Virus record (IMG/VR): IMGVR_UViG_3300028833_000099
Reading direction: 5' to 3' (one strand)
From: a virus
Taxonomy: Duplodnaviria > Heunggongvirae > Uroviricota > Caudoviricetes
Length of the DNA: 45,614 bases
The first letter of the stretch is position 1. The number at the start of each line of letters is the position of its first letter. A program made the translations under genes and the position numbers. The notes beneath the pieces were generated by a model that was not told where the DNA came from, made no database searches, and was given only the letters and a program-made list of their open reading frames with translations. This document shows positions 35,301-44,402 of the stretch, in pieces.

Positions 35301-35690
35301 TTACAACATTTTAAGTTCGTGTAATTTCTCAATCATAGCTACACAAGCATCAATAGGATTATCATATGCATCTGAAATCATAGGTTTCTTGCTATCGCAA
35401 ACCACAAACACAGTTCCATCTGTGTTAGTTTGCAGAGTGTAATAATGTAATACACCAAGCAAACTTGCAAGCGACCAACAAGGGATATCTTTTTTTGATG
35501 CTGAAAATCTACAGCATGACTCAAAACCTTTTATTACAAGCCAGTAAATTGGTTTCTCTATTAATTTTGACGTTTCTAATTTTGCTCCACAATATTCATA
35601 TATTGCATCAGCACTCTCAAGTGGCAGTATCTCTGCCAACTTACGACTTTGCTCTATATCAGTATATGATTTAATTGTTGCCATAGTCAT
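35301..35690 (-). CDS. Hypothetical protein, T.IEQS.KL...PCWSL family
   Basis: Start reassigned; paralog of 32026..32514. Confidence 0.8.
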   Translation of the reverse strand: MTMATIKSYTDIEQSRKLAEILPLESADAIYEYCGAKLETSKLIEKPIYWLVIKGFESCCRFSASKKDIPCWSLASLLGVLHYYTLQTNTDGTVFVVCDSKKPMISDAYDNPIDACVAMIEKLHELKML

Positions 35691-35830
35691 TTTTTGTTTT
35701 GAATGAAAACATAAACTCCAGTACAAACTCCACCTATTAAGTAATATATTGCTTCTGTATTATGTATTCCATAAGATATTAGTACAATAGCTATGGGAAG
35801 CAAAACTCCTTCAATATATACCTTTTTCAT
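35687..35830 (-). CDS. Small two-TM membrane protein, 47 aa
   Basis: Manual translation MKKVYIEGVLLPIAIV...; ATGA overlap. Confidence 0.6.
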   Translation of the reverse strand: MKKVYIEGVLLPIAIVLISYGIHNTEAIYYLIGGVCTGVYVFIQNKK

Positions 35831-35848
35831 ATTTATTATAAGTTCTAA

Positions 35849-36214
35849 TTACTTGTTTTTTACGAATTTTCCAGTTTTATCTTTAGTATACCAATCGCTA
35901 ATTTCTTTCCAACAATTTTTCGAGAAATTTGGAGTTACATCATTCCAATATGTATCTTTGATTTTTGCGTAGCAGATTTCAAAAATCACATTTTTCTTAC
36001 CAAACAAAGGATAATCATACCCTACTCTGACAGCCACTTTTGTTTGTGGGTGTTTATAGAACAGATAATTAGAGTATTCGAAAGGCTCATCTTCTGGACG
36101 AAACCCCCCGTCACGAATAAATTCATACCCTTGTTTCGTTAAAGATTCTTTTATTTTTTCAAGGTTTAACGAAGCAAATTTTCTACGAATTTTTTTTGGA
36201 TAAATTGTTGGCAT
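35849..36214 (-). CDS. Hypothetical protein
   Basis: ORF track. Confidence 0.75.
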   Translation of the reverse strand: MPTIYPKKIRRKFASLNLEKIKESLTKQGYEFIRDGGFRPEDEPFEYSNYLFYKHPQTKVAVRVGYDYPLFGKKNVIFEICYAKIKDTYWNDVTPNFSKNCWKEISDWYTKDKTGKFVKNK

Positions 36215-36231
36215 AATTATTTTTCTTTAAT

Positions 36232-36510
36232 TTAGAATTTTCCATTCTGGGCTTCTTTTGCAAAATTTTCTATGACATTCCACAAAAAATCATGTATGTT
36301 AGTTTCTTTTCCGTATGCCATCATTTTGATATTATATGGTATATACGAGAATTGCGATAGTTTCTTTCTATTCAATTCTTTGTATGTGTCATTTTTATTC
36401 CATATAATTGTATCTTTATCAAAGCCAAAGAACACATAATAATCTTGAGTTAATGCTCTATAAGCCATTCGTAATCTTTCCCAAATTGATGTTTTCTGTC
36501 CCATAATCAC
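36232..36510 (-). CDS. Hypothetical protein
   Basis: ORF with promoter. Confidence 0.75.
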   Translation of the reverse strand: MIMGQKTSIWERLRMAYRALTQDYYVFFGFDKDTIIWNKNDTYKELNRKKLSQFSYIPYNIKMMAYGKETNIHDFLWNVIENFAKEAQNGKF

Positions 36511-36605
36511 AACATTTATAAAATCAATTCTATTATTATTTTTTGCAAATATACGAAAAATAATTTAAATAACCAAAATATTTATAGAAAATTAACATAT
36601 AGCCA

Positions 36606-37727
36606 ATGAAAAAAATACATATATTAGAATCTCAAATGTTAAATGAGGATAATTGGAGTTTTGAAGCGGGTACTGACCACCCATATTTTGAGGATGAACG
36701 AACTGGACAATCATATGCGGCTGATTGGAACACAGAATATGGTTTTCCGTTTGGGTATTGGCAAGAGGAATATAATGGAAATGACATATTTTCAATCGGT
36801 GACGCTTATACAACCCATGTAAATGCTTGCGGTAAAATGGCAAAAAGGTATTTCTATAACGCTAAAAAAGAAAATATGGAAGAAGAGATTTCATATTTCA
36901 CTGATGCTTTAGAAGATTTGGTTAATGATTTTAAACAATACGGATATACATATAACGAAGACATTGATATGTATGTTTCTAGCGATGGCTCTGATGAAAT
37001 TGACCTTGACGAATGGTTAGATGAAAATTGTTATTCATTGGATAGGGATAAAGCAAAGGAAATTACAGAGAATGCGATTAATGGCGGTTCAATACCTAAT
37101 GCAGATGAGTTGGCTGAAGAAATAGCAAGCAATGAGGCTGAGTATTATGACTTTACCGATAAAGATGGTATAGACCAAGCATTAGAAGAGATTGGTAGCA
37201 GTTTTGAAGGGTATTTTGAAAGTGGTAGAAATGAAGGTAGGATATGGCCTCAACTAGGTATGATAGGCTTTTATACGACTGAGCAACCAGACCCACAAAC
37301 TCTTACCGTCATAATGAGAGATTTAGCTAACACTGGAATTGTTACATATGAAGATTTATTACAATATGACATGGTATTTGAAGATTGGAGAAATGACGGA
37401 GAAATAACTGCTTGTACGCTAAGTGATTATATTGATGGAAACTATGGCCCAGATTCTTATGAGGATGAAGAGGAAAATGAGATACAATATGCTAGGGATG
37501 GTAAGACACAGTTTATCCCTCACCTAGCCAATCAAGCGCAGAAAAGAGAGTTCTTTAGGGATTTTAGGAATACTAGAGACCAAGCGGTATATGCACCTCG
37601 TGAACGTGCTGCTGGTAATTTGGCTCGTTATCACGCAATGCGTTATCCGTATGGTGAAAACAAACAAATGATTAATAACGTGATAAAAGAAGAATTGAAT
37701 AAATTAATAAAAGGAGAGTTAAGATAA
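36606..37727 (+). CDS. Acidic 373-aa protein, candidate head-packaged protein
   Basis: Only plus-strand gene in this arm; N-terminal ILE/LNE motifs; GRIW motif. Confidence 0.8.
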   Translation: MKKIHILESQMLNEDNWSFEAGTDHPYFEDERTGQSYAADWNTEYGFPFGYWQEEYNGNDIFSIGDAYTTHVNACGKMAKRYFYNAKKENMEEEISYFTDALEDLVNDFKQYGYTYNEDIDMYVSSDGSDEIDLDEWLDENCYSLDRDKAKEITENAINGGSIPNADELAEEIASNEAEYYDFTDKDGIDQALEEIGSSFEGYFESGRNEGRIWPQLGMIGFYTTEQPDPQTLTVIMRDLANTGIVTYEDLLQYDMVFEDWRNDGEITACTLSDYIDGNYGPDSYEDEEENEIQYARDGKTQFIPHLANQAQKREFFRDFRNTRDQAVYAPRERAAGNLARYHAMRYPYGENKQMINNVIKEELNKLIKGELR

Positions 37728-38102
37728 AAAACTCTCCTTTTTATCTTTAGCGCATTTAAATTTCCCTAATTTCTTGTTGAAAATAATTCCTTCCTCTTTT
37801 AATCTTTGCCCTAGAATGATATACATTGTGATGTCTGGTTTTTCAAACACATCACAAGGCATTTTTGGGAAATCTCTATCTAGACTTTTCCTCATAGTCA
37901 TAATCATAGACCCTCTTAAAAGTGCATCTACGCTTTGTTCTTTAGTAAGTATGATTTTCTCATTACTGTCATCGTCACCATATATCCTAGTTCCGAGTAA
38001 ATAGTGTTCTTTTCCTTTTATTGTATCGAAATCATCTATTCCAATCCATTGCGCAACGGGCTCACCGTATGTATCTCTTATTGCTTTTATTGTCAACGCC
38101 AT
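37719..38102 (-). CDS. Hypothetical protein, KP.I..Y...LK..G.IFNKK family
   Basis: Start reassigned to MALTIK. Confidence 0.75.
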   Translation of the reverse strand: MALTIKAIRDTYGEPVAQWIGIDDFDTIKGKEHYLLGTRIYGDDDSNEKIILTKEQSVDALLRGSMIMTMRKSLDRDFPKMPCDVFEKPDITMYIILGQRLKEEGIIFNKKLGKFKCAKDKKESFLS

Positions 38103-38430
38103 TTTCTCTTTTATATCTTGTATATTTATCCCATAATTCAAGGTAGTCTTGTACAGTTGGCTTAACTATATAAGAATCTTCAGAAAACCCTATAAAAGTT
38201 GATGAATCCCCAATCAAGTTAACAGCAAATTCTAGACCCAAACCAGTATAGCCAAACAGTCTGCTTTTATCGTTCAGTAGAGCTATCATATAGTCCCTTG
38301 GTGTGACTGTGGTATTTGGGTAAATTATTTTCACGACAACACCTTTTCTACGTACCTTTAATGATGGGCTTTGTAAAATTTTCCGTATTGTTTCTCTTGC
38401 CAACTCCATTTTTCTCGCATTTTTCGCCAT
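38062..38430 (-). CDS. Triplicated gene, copy C
   Basis: ARETI.KILQ.PS...KPT.QDYLELWD. Confidence 0.75.
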   Translation of the reverse strand: MAKNARKMELARETIRKILQSPSLKVRRKGVVVKIIYPNTTVTPRDYMIALLNDKSRLFGYTGLGLEFAVNLIGDSSTFIGFSEDSYIVKPTVQDYLELWDKYTRYKRENGVDNKSNKRYIR

Positions 38431-39097
38431 TTTTTCCTTGTATACATATCCCATAATTCAAGGTAGTCTTGTATAGTTGGCTTAACTATATAAGATTCTT
38501 TAGAAACCCCTATACAAGTTGATGATTCCCCAGCCAAGTTAACAGCAAGTTCTGTAGACAAATCGTTAGTGGTATACAGTTCGCTTTTATCGTTCAGTAG
38601 AACTATCATATAGTTCCTTGGTGTGACTGTGGCATCTGGGTAAATTATTTTCACGACAACACCTTTTCTACGTACCTTTAATGATGGGTCTTGTAATATT
38701 TTCCGTATTGTTTCTCTTGCCAACGCCATATTTCTTGCCATTTTTTCTTATATGTTGTATACATATCCCATAATTCAAGGTAATCTTGTATAGTTGGCTT
38801 AACTATATAAGATTCTTTAGAAACCCCTATACAAGTTGATGAATTCCCAGCTAAGTTAACAGCAAATTCTGGAAACAAATCGTTAGTGTCAAACTTGTTA
38901 GTGTCATACGAAAACTTGTATTTGCTATAATTGTTCGTTTTAGTGCCACACAGTTTGCTTTTATCGTTCAGTAGAAGTATCATATAGTTCCTTGGTGTCC
39001 TTGTGGCATGTGGGCATATCATTTTTACAACAATTCCTCTTTTACGCACCTTTAATGATGGGTCTTGTAATATTTTTAGAATTGTTTCTCTTGCCAT
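38131..39097. repeat. Tandem triplication of a ~320-bp gene unit
   Basis: CCCATAATTCAAGGTA at 38131, 38450, 38767; third copy has an internal insertion. Confidence 0.9.
38358..38741 (-). CDS. Triplicated gene, copy B
   Basis: Near-identical to copies A and C. Confidence 0.75.
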   Translation of the reverse strand: MARNMALARETIRKILQDPSLKVRRKGVVVKIIYPDATVTPRNYMIVLLNDKSELYTTNDLSTELAVNLAGESSTCIGVSKESYIVKPTIQDYLELWDMYTRKKWRKMREKWSWQEKQYGKFYKAHH

Positions 39098-39109
39098 GTT
39101 TTTTTTCAT
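38678..39109 (-). CDS. Triplicated gene, copy A (with insertion)
   Basis: Near-identical to copy B. Confidence 0.75.
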   Translation of the reverse strand: MKKNMARETILKILQDPSLKVRKRGIVVKMICPHATRTPRNYMILLLNDKSKLCGTKTNNYSKYKFSYDTNKFDTNDLFPEFAVNLAGNSSTCIGVSKESYIVKPTIQDYLELWDMYTTYKKKWQEIWRWQEKQYGKYYKTHH

Positions 39110-39177
39110 ACCATTTGAATGTTTTCTCCATTAGCTGATATGCTGATACTACTACACCAACGACTGTTATAATGGTA

Positions 39178-39486
39178 TCAATTTTTTTTTGTATTCCCAT
39201 AATTTTTCTTATTAAATTTGTAAATTTCTTTTAACCCTTTAATAAACTCTTTCCATCCGTTTATTTCAATATCATTAAATTTAATTCCCAACACTATTTT
39301 TTTAGACAGAACTTTATTTGGTTCTATCTTCAATGTCTTGACGCTAATAAGAACGTTTGGGTAACGTATGCTCTTAAAAGTATACGTCACCCTATTGTTC
39401 TCTCGTTTTCCAGTGAAACCGTAAAACCAATTCTTTTCTAATATCTTAACGACTTCGTTATAGTCTATGAAATTACTATTTTCCAT
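39178..39486 (-). CDS. Hypothetical protein
   Basis: ORF; promoter abuts start codon. Confidence 0.75.
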   Translation of the reverse strand: MENSNFIDYNEVVKILEKNWFYGFTGKRENNRVTYTFKSIRYPNVLISVKTLKIEPNKVLSKKIVLGIKFNDIEINGWKEFIKGLKEIYKFNKKNYGNTKKN

Positions 39487-39526
39487 ATTGCAAATATACG
39501 AAAAATAAATGTAATATCCAAATTAT

Positions 39527-39922
39527 TTAAGATTTTTTTTCGATTAATAGTGTCATGGTATATTCTCCAGTTTTCTCAGTATCTGTATAGCCATTTTTAT
39601 TTTTCACTATTAACGATTTAAGAATTCCATCAACGGTAGCACCTAAAAGATTTGGAGAGCCACTCAAAAGGAGTTTGCATATAACGTTTTCTTCCTTTAT
39701 TGGTGTTTCCTCTACATTTTCCCTAGGAATAAGGTCAGTGGCTAGTACAAAGTATTTCGTGAGGTTTTCTCTTTGTTCGTCATTTAAAGGGATACCATTC
39801 AACGCTTTTTTATAGTCTTCATACAAGCGATTAATGGCGTTTTGAATCTCTGTGGGTTTTGCCTTGGTTGCTACCACTGATTTAACTGCCATACCATTAT
39901 TTTCCATTAACATATTATCCAA
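39527..39922 (-). CDS. Hypothetical protein
   Basis: ORF track. Confidence 0.75.
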   Translation of the reverse strand: MDNMLMENNGMAVKSVVATKAKPTEIQNAINRLYEDYKKALNGIPLNDEQRENLTKYFVLATDLIPRENVEETPIKEENVICKLLLSGSPNLLGATVDGILKSLIVKNKNGYTDTEKTGEYTMTLLIEKKS

Positions 39923-40469
39923 GAAGAGTTTTTCTGATTATGTTACCGTCAACGTTAGGATACTTTGCCTTAACCTTCGGAACAATCTGACCCATATCTC
40001 TCATAGATGGGACATAACCCTCTTCCTTGGTGGCGATATATGCAGCAATCACCTCTTTGGTAAAGTTAACGATGTCTTCCTCAGTAGGCTGTGCTGGAGT
40101 GAATTCCTCAATCACCTTGAGTTCCGCTGACTCACTATCATAGAGTTTGGTATTACCGCTTTTGAGGTATCCCTCCATTGTTTCCTTATGGTTGTTAGCG
40201 AGTTTAATGAGAACTTTAACTTCCTCATTCTCAAGCATTTTATACTCAAGATTCGTATGATTTTTCTCATTCTCCCTAATGAGTTCTGACTTAATGAGTT
40301 TAAGCGCACCATTTCTACTCTTAAGGTTCATTTCCTCAAACAGTTCCTCTGGTGTCTTATCCTCGTTCTTAATTGTTGCTATGGGAGCAAGTTTCTCTGT
40401 AGTCTTTGCTATAGACTCGTCAATCTTTTTAAGGATTGATATTTCATATTCTTTAGTATTTGTATTCAT
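39915..40469 (-). CDS. yqeY: GatB/YqeY domain protein
   Basis: E..VL.K...HKETMEGY..SG......E.AEL.VIEEF.P.Q.TEE.I, MRDMGQI...VK...DG; start reassigned to MNTNTK. Confidence 0.75.
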   Translation of the reverse strand: MNTNTKEYEISILKKIDESIAKTTEKLAPIATIKNEDKTPEELFEEMNLKSRNGALKLIKSELIRENEKNHTNLEYKMLENEEVKVLIKLANNHKETMEGYLKSGNTKLYDSESAELKVIEEFTPAQPTEEDIVNFTKEVIAAYIATKEEGYVPSMRDMGQIVPKVKAKYPNVDGNIIRKTLLG

Positions 40470-40512
40470 ATTTATGTTTTTTTTAAGTAGCAATATAAAA
40501 GTTAATACCATT

Positions 40513-40722
40513 TTATTTGGACTGTTTTGCACCAAGCGCAAAACCTCCAATTATGCCCCAACTATACACCATAGATAATGCAATAGTCATTCTAGTGTTA
40601 TCTTCAAGTTTATCCATAAAAGATGGGTCAAAACAATACCAGATTACTATTGCAAAATTTGCAATTAAAAGTATTTTAATTATTATGTCTGCTATTTTTT
40701 GGTGTATATTTTTTTTGCCCAT
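40513..40722 (-). CDS. Small two-TM membrane protein
   Basis: Two hydrophobic segments. Confidence 0.7.
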   Translation of the reverse strand: MGKKNIHQKIADIIIKILLIANFAIVIWYCFDPSFMDKLEDNTRMTIALSMVYSWGIIGGFALGAKQSK

Positions 40723-40724
40723 AA

Positions 40725-41765
40725 TTAAATTCCGTTATTGATTCTAATTATTGCAGAAACGGTCATTCTAATCAATGACTCCAAATCCCTATAGTCGCAT
40801 ACTTCCACTTGTGTGTGCATGTTTCTGTTAGGGATTGAAAGCAAGAGTGTATCACAGTCCTCAGAAGATTGTTTAATGTGGACTGTATCTGTTCCACCGC
40901 TTCCAACTGAAAACTCTTGGTAAGGGATTTTATTTGTTTCGCACACTTCTTTCAACAGTCGTGTAAGTTTTCTATTGCTATCCACACCGTGAGAAATTGC
41001 GCCACCCTTTCCAAGTTTGATGTCACCCCATTCATTAGGGCTTACATAATCATCGTCGGTTGCGAATGTTACGTCATAATCAATAGAATACTGTGGGTTG
41101 ATTTTAGTTGCAGCACCGACAGCCCCACTTGCTGACGTTTCTTCTTGTGTGCAAGCCACTCCATACACTTTGACATTCTGGAGATTGAGATTCTTCAGTT
41201 GCTTCATCACCTCTGCCATAACATAGACACCGACCTTATCGTCAAGTCCACGTCCAGCGAAACGATTAGCACCTAACTCAAGAGGGATGTCACAAATTGT
41301 GATGGGGTCTCCAATTGAGATAAGTTTATTTGCTTCTTCTTTGGTCTCAGCACCAATGTCAATTTTCATATCCTTGACCTTGATAGCCTTATCCTTATCG
41401 TCTGTATAATATTCGATATGAATTGGTGTCTTACCAATTACTCCATTCACAATACCTTTGGCAGTGTGTATGGCTACGGTTGAGCCAGGTAATACCTTTG
41501 CGTCTGTTCCTCCATCTTTGATGAAATGTACAAATCCTTTATCATCAATATGTTGAACTTGAAGACCTATTTCGTCAATATGCGCTGAAAGCATAATGAC
41601 AATATTACCATTGCCAACTGAGAAAGCAGCGTTACCAACTTTGTCGGTGAATTCATACTTTACGCCACATTCCTCTAAATAGTCTTTTACGATTTTTGTC
41701 GCATGTTCCTCATAGCCACTAGGACTAGGTGCTTGAAGCAGATTTTTCAAAAAGGTTTTATTCAT
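40725..41765 (-). CDS. M42 family metallo-aminopeptidase (TET/FrvX-like)
   Basis: PSPSGYE, AHIDEIG, GRGLDDKVG, QEE, GGTD, RNMHT. Confidence 0.92.
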   Translation of the reverse strand: MNKTFLKNLLQAPSPSGYEEHATKIVKDYLEECGVKYEFTDKVGNAAFSVGNGNIVIMLSAHIDEIGLQVQHIDDKGFVHFIKDGGTDAKVLPGSTVAIHTAKGIVNGVIGKTPIHIEYYTDDKDKAIKVKDMKIDIGAETKEEANKLISIGDPITICDIPLELGANRFAGRGLDDKVGVYVMAEVMKQLKNLNLQNVKVYGVACTQEETSASGAVGAATKINPQYSIDYDVTFATDDDYVSPNEWGDIKLGKGGAISHGVDSNRKLTRLLKEVCETNKIPYQEFSVGSGGTDTVHIKQSSEDCDTLLLSIPNRNMHTQVEVCDYRDLESLIRMTVSAIIRINNGI

Positions 41766-42198
41766 TGATACAATACAAATTTAAATTTTCTAAAACATTT
41801 TTAACTTTCTTATTACCTCTATCACCAAATTCTCTCATCATTTTCATAGTTCTTAACCACATATCTGGACCTAAATACATTCTCACTTGTCCTGGAATTT
41901 TAGTATAGTTTTTAAGGAGAAAATATCTCCACAACTGTATTCTTTCAAAAGCAATATTACATTCTCCATCTAAACATTTGTGAATATTTTCTCTTTTCTC
42001 AAAGAAAGCAGTTAATCCAGTTAGCATAAAGAAATTTTCAATTGCGTCATCGAATATGCCTTCTTTAATAAAGCCATCATTATACAGAATGTGCATACAT
42101 TTATTTTCTTTGCAGAATTCTATAAAAAGTTTATATAACCAATATGACTTTTGAGAAAAAATTGGCTTTTTGGCAAATTTAGTATTATCCAAAAACAT
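41758..42198 (-). CDS. Hypothetical protein
   Basis: ORF track. Confidence 0.7.
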   Translation of the reverse strand: MFLDNTKFAKKPIFSQKSYWLYKLFIEFCKENKCMHILYNDGFIKEGIFDDAIENFFMLTGLTAFFEKRENIHKCLDGECNIAFERIQLWRYFLLKNYTKIPGQVRMYLGPDMWLRTMKMMREFGDRGNKKVKNVLENLNLYCINE

Positions 42199-43045
42199 CT
42201 TTAAATGGTTTTATGTTTCCATTTGGATTATGTTCACCGTTTGTAGATGACAAATCAATTATGGCAAAATGTATTACCTTAAACAACCCTTGATATTTTT
42301 CAGATGCAAGAACATCAGCAAAGAATTTAGCCATTTCCTCTGGAGGTGTTCCATATGCACCGCATCCGAAAGCACTAAGAACCAATGAATCATTGCCGTT
42401 TGAGAGGGCAATATCCAATATCTGTCTTATTTTATTTTTTATGACGGTTTCAACCCAAGGAACTATTTTGCCGTTTTCAGTCTTAGGATTCTTTACCGCT
42501 GGAAGAGTAATAATGTCCACATAGAACGGCTCTTCCATTAGTTTATAATCGGCATCGTCACTTTCCTTAAAGACAATGACACGAGGACTATAGATTCCCC
42601 CATAGTTATAGTCAAGTGGGTATCTTTCTTCTTTCTGTTCTACTCCAAAATCTTTTCCAATGTCGTGGAATTGATATAATGACTTAAAGAGATTTGTCCG
42701 TCTAAATAGGTTTTCCTCTTGCGCTGACGAACCTCTTGTAACACCACCTCCAGGAGTATGGAATGATGCCATATTGAGAACCGCTGGTCTCAAGTCATTG
42801 TCAATCATTTTTTTAGCCTCATAGAGGCAGTCATTGTTGACTACTTTAATTTCGGTTTCGTATCTAGGACGCTCCGTATAGTCAGCCCTAATCTTTTTAT
42901 TGTAGAACCTAGTACCATGTACCATGTAGTCATCTAATCCATCAATATGAATTTCGTTGCCATTTATTGTGTAAAAACCCTTATTACATAATGCAACTGT
43001 GTTTTCATATTCTTCTATTCTTTCTTGTTTATTCATCGTGTTCAA
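42185..43045 (-). CDS. TIGR02452 / DUF2263 family macrodomain, bacterial-type PARG-like ADP-ribose glycohydrolase
   Basis: LNMAS..PGGGV..GSSAQEE.LFRRT, IYSP.V, LSAFGCGAYG.PP. Confidence 0.88.
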   Translation of the reverse strand: MNTMNKQERIEEYENTVALCNKGFYTINGNEIHIDGLDDYMVHGTRFYNKKIRADYTERPRYETEIKVVNNDCLYEAKKMIDNDLRPAVLNMASFHTPGGGVTRGSSAQEENLFRRTNLFKSLYQFHDIGKDFGVEQKEERYPLDYNYGGIYSPRVIVFKESDDADYKLMEEPFYVDIITLPAVKNPKTENGKIVPWVETVIKNKIRQILDIALSNGNDSLVLSAFGCGAYGTPPEEMAKFFADVLASEKYQGLFKVIHFAIIDLSSTNGEHNPNGNIKPFKDVFG

Positions 43046-43202
43046 GACGGAATTTATAGTCTAAAATCATAGACTGATTTTTAGTTATTTCTTTACGATA
43101 GTTCTCAGCGTTTGCCTTGTCTTTTATAGCTTTTTCTAAAAGAATGGTATTTGCTGAGACCAATTTATTAATTGCTTCGCTTAAAACATTTTTTGATGCC
43201 AT
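43029..43202 (-). CDS. Small coiled-coil protein
   Basis: Start reassigned to MASKNV after promoter. Confidence 0.7.
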   Translation of the reverse strand: MASKNVLSEAINKLVSANTILLEKAIKDKANAENYRKEITKNQSMILDYKFRLEHDE

Positions 43203-43281
43203 GATATTATATTTTTTGTTTATTGCAAATATATGAAAAAAAATCTGTATTACCAAAATGATTGGCAAAAATACAGATTTT

Positions 43282-43647
43282 TTAACATAAATTATTTTCT
43301 ATATGATTATTCAAAACATTAAATTCGTTTTTTATTTCCGTCAAATCTGTTTGAATTAACGGTAATTTGGTTTCAATAATTGCTTTTAACTGGTCAAGAT
43401 TTTTCAAAAGGGTTTGGTTTTCCTTATATAATTGGGCATTATCTTCCAAGAGCTTATTAATGTCAATTCGCTCTCTGCCTTTTATTGCCTCATTATGGTT
43501 TTTTTCCCATAAGTTAACAAGGTCTAGTTCTTGTTTGATAATGTATCCAAGTTCTAGGATTAACTGTTTATCCTTTCTACTTGCAGCATTAGCGTTTAAT
43601 TCAGATAATATATCTATACACCTACTTAAATCTTTTCCGTTAATCAT
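43282..43647 (-). CDS. Coiled-coil hypothetical protein
   Basis: ORF track. Confidence 0.7.
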   Translation of the reverse strand: MINGKDLSRCIDILSELNANAASRKDKQLILELGYIIKQELDLVNLWEKNHNEAIKGRERIDINKLLEDNAQLYKENQTLLKNLDQLKAIIETKLPLIQTDLTEIKNEFNVLNNHIENNLC

Positions 43648-43648
43648 A

Positions 43649-43858
43649 TTACAAGCCTTTATAAATTCCTCTATTTAACAATCTTTCCATTTCTATTGAA
43701 AAATAGTTCAATTGGTTTTCTGTGAGGTTATATATCCAATCATTAGCATAGTGTTGATAATGATTGACGTTGTTCACTTTGAATCTCCATAAGAGATATG
43801 TTTCTAATGATTTATCCATACATTTAATCGTAATATTCGTCATATCCATTATATCCAT
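43649..43858 (-). CDS. Hypothetical protein
   Basis: ORF track. Confidence 0.7.
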   Translation of the reverse strand: MDIMDMTNITIKCMDKSLETYLLWRFKVNNVNHYQHYANDWIYNLTENQLNYFSIEMERLLNRGIYKGL

Positions 43859-44402
43859 ATGGATTATATTGACTTGGATAAGATGAACTACATGATGTTT
43901 TATTTTTACTTAAAACAGCTGTTTTAAGTTTAGTTTTAAGCTCATGACATATTGGTTTAATTACATCACCATTGTATTCTAGTTTAGGAATGATGATTCG
44001 ATGGAGTATTTCGCCAGTTTTGACATTTGTAAGAGTCATTTCTTCCTCATTCCAATCAACGTCATATTTAGCAAGAATTTCCAATGCACGTTTTTTCTCA
44101 AGAGGTGTGCATACTGTCCACCAGCTATCTTCACAAATAGTATCAATAGTTTTTTCGCACGGCTTATTTTGGCTAGCAATTTCAAGAACGGGTTGGTATC
44201 CCCATCCAACTCCATTGTCTAAGTTACTGCAATACTTCCAAGAATCATAGTATGCAGCCAATGAAAGTTTCTTTGTATATTGAAATTCTGGTGCTAAGTC
44301 AACACCCTCAAATATGCCAAATGCGAATCTAGTGTTGTCGTTTGTACTGCTATATGCGCTATATTTAATGAAATCGCCTTTGTTAAATGTTTTTTTCTCC
44401 AT
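43824..44402 (-). CDS. Hypothetical protein
   Basis: ORF track. Confidence 0.8.
   Translation of the reverse strand: MEKKTFNKGDFIKYSAYSSTNDNTRFAFGIFEGVDLAPEFQYTKKLSLAAYYDSWKYCSNLDNGVGWGYQPVLEIASQNKPCEKTIDTICEDSWWTVCTPLEKKRALEILAKYDVDWNEEEMTLTNVKTGEILHRIIIPKLEYNGDVIKPICHELKTKLKTAVLSKNKTSCSSSYPSQYNPYGYNGYDEYYD

Noticed and set aside
38062-39109. Programmed frameshift fusing the triplicated ORFs
   Set aside because: Junctions have G-AAA-AAA-T rather than a canonical slippery heptamer, each copy has its own ATG, and the last junction is in a different relative frame.
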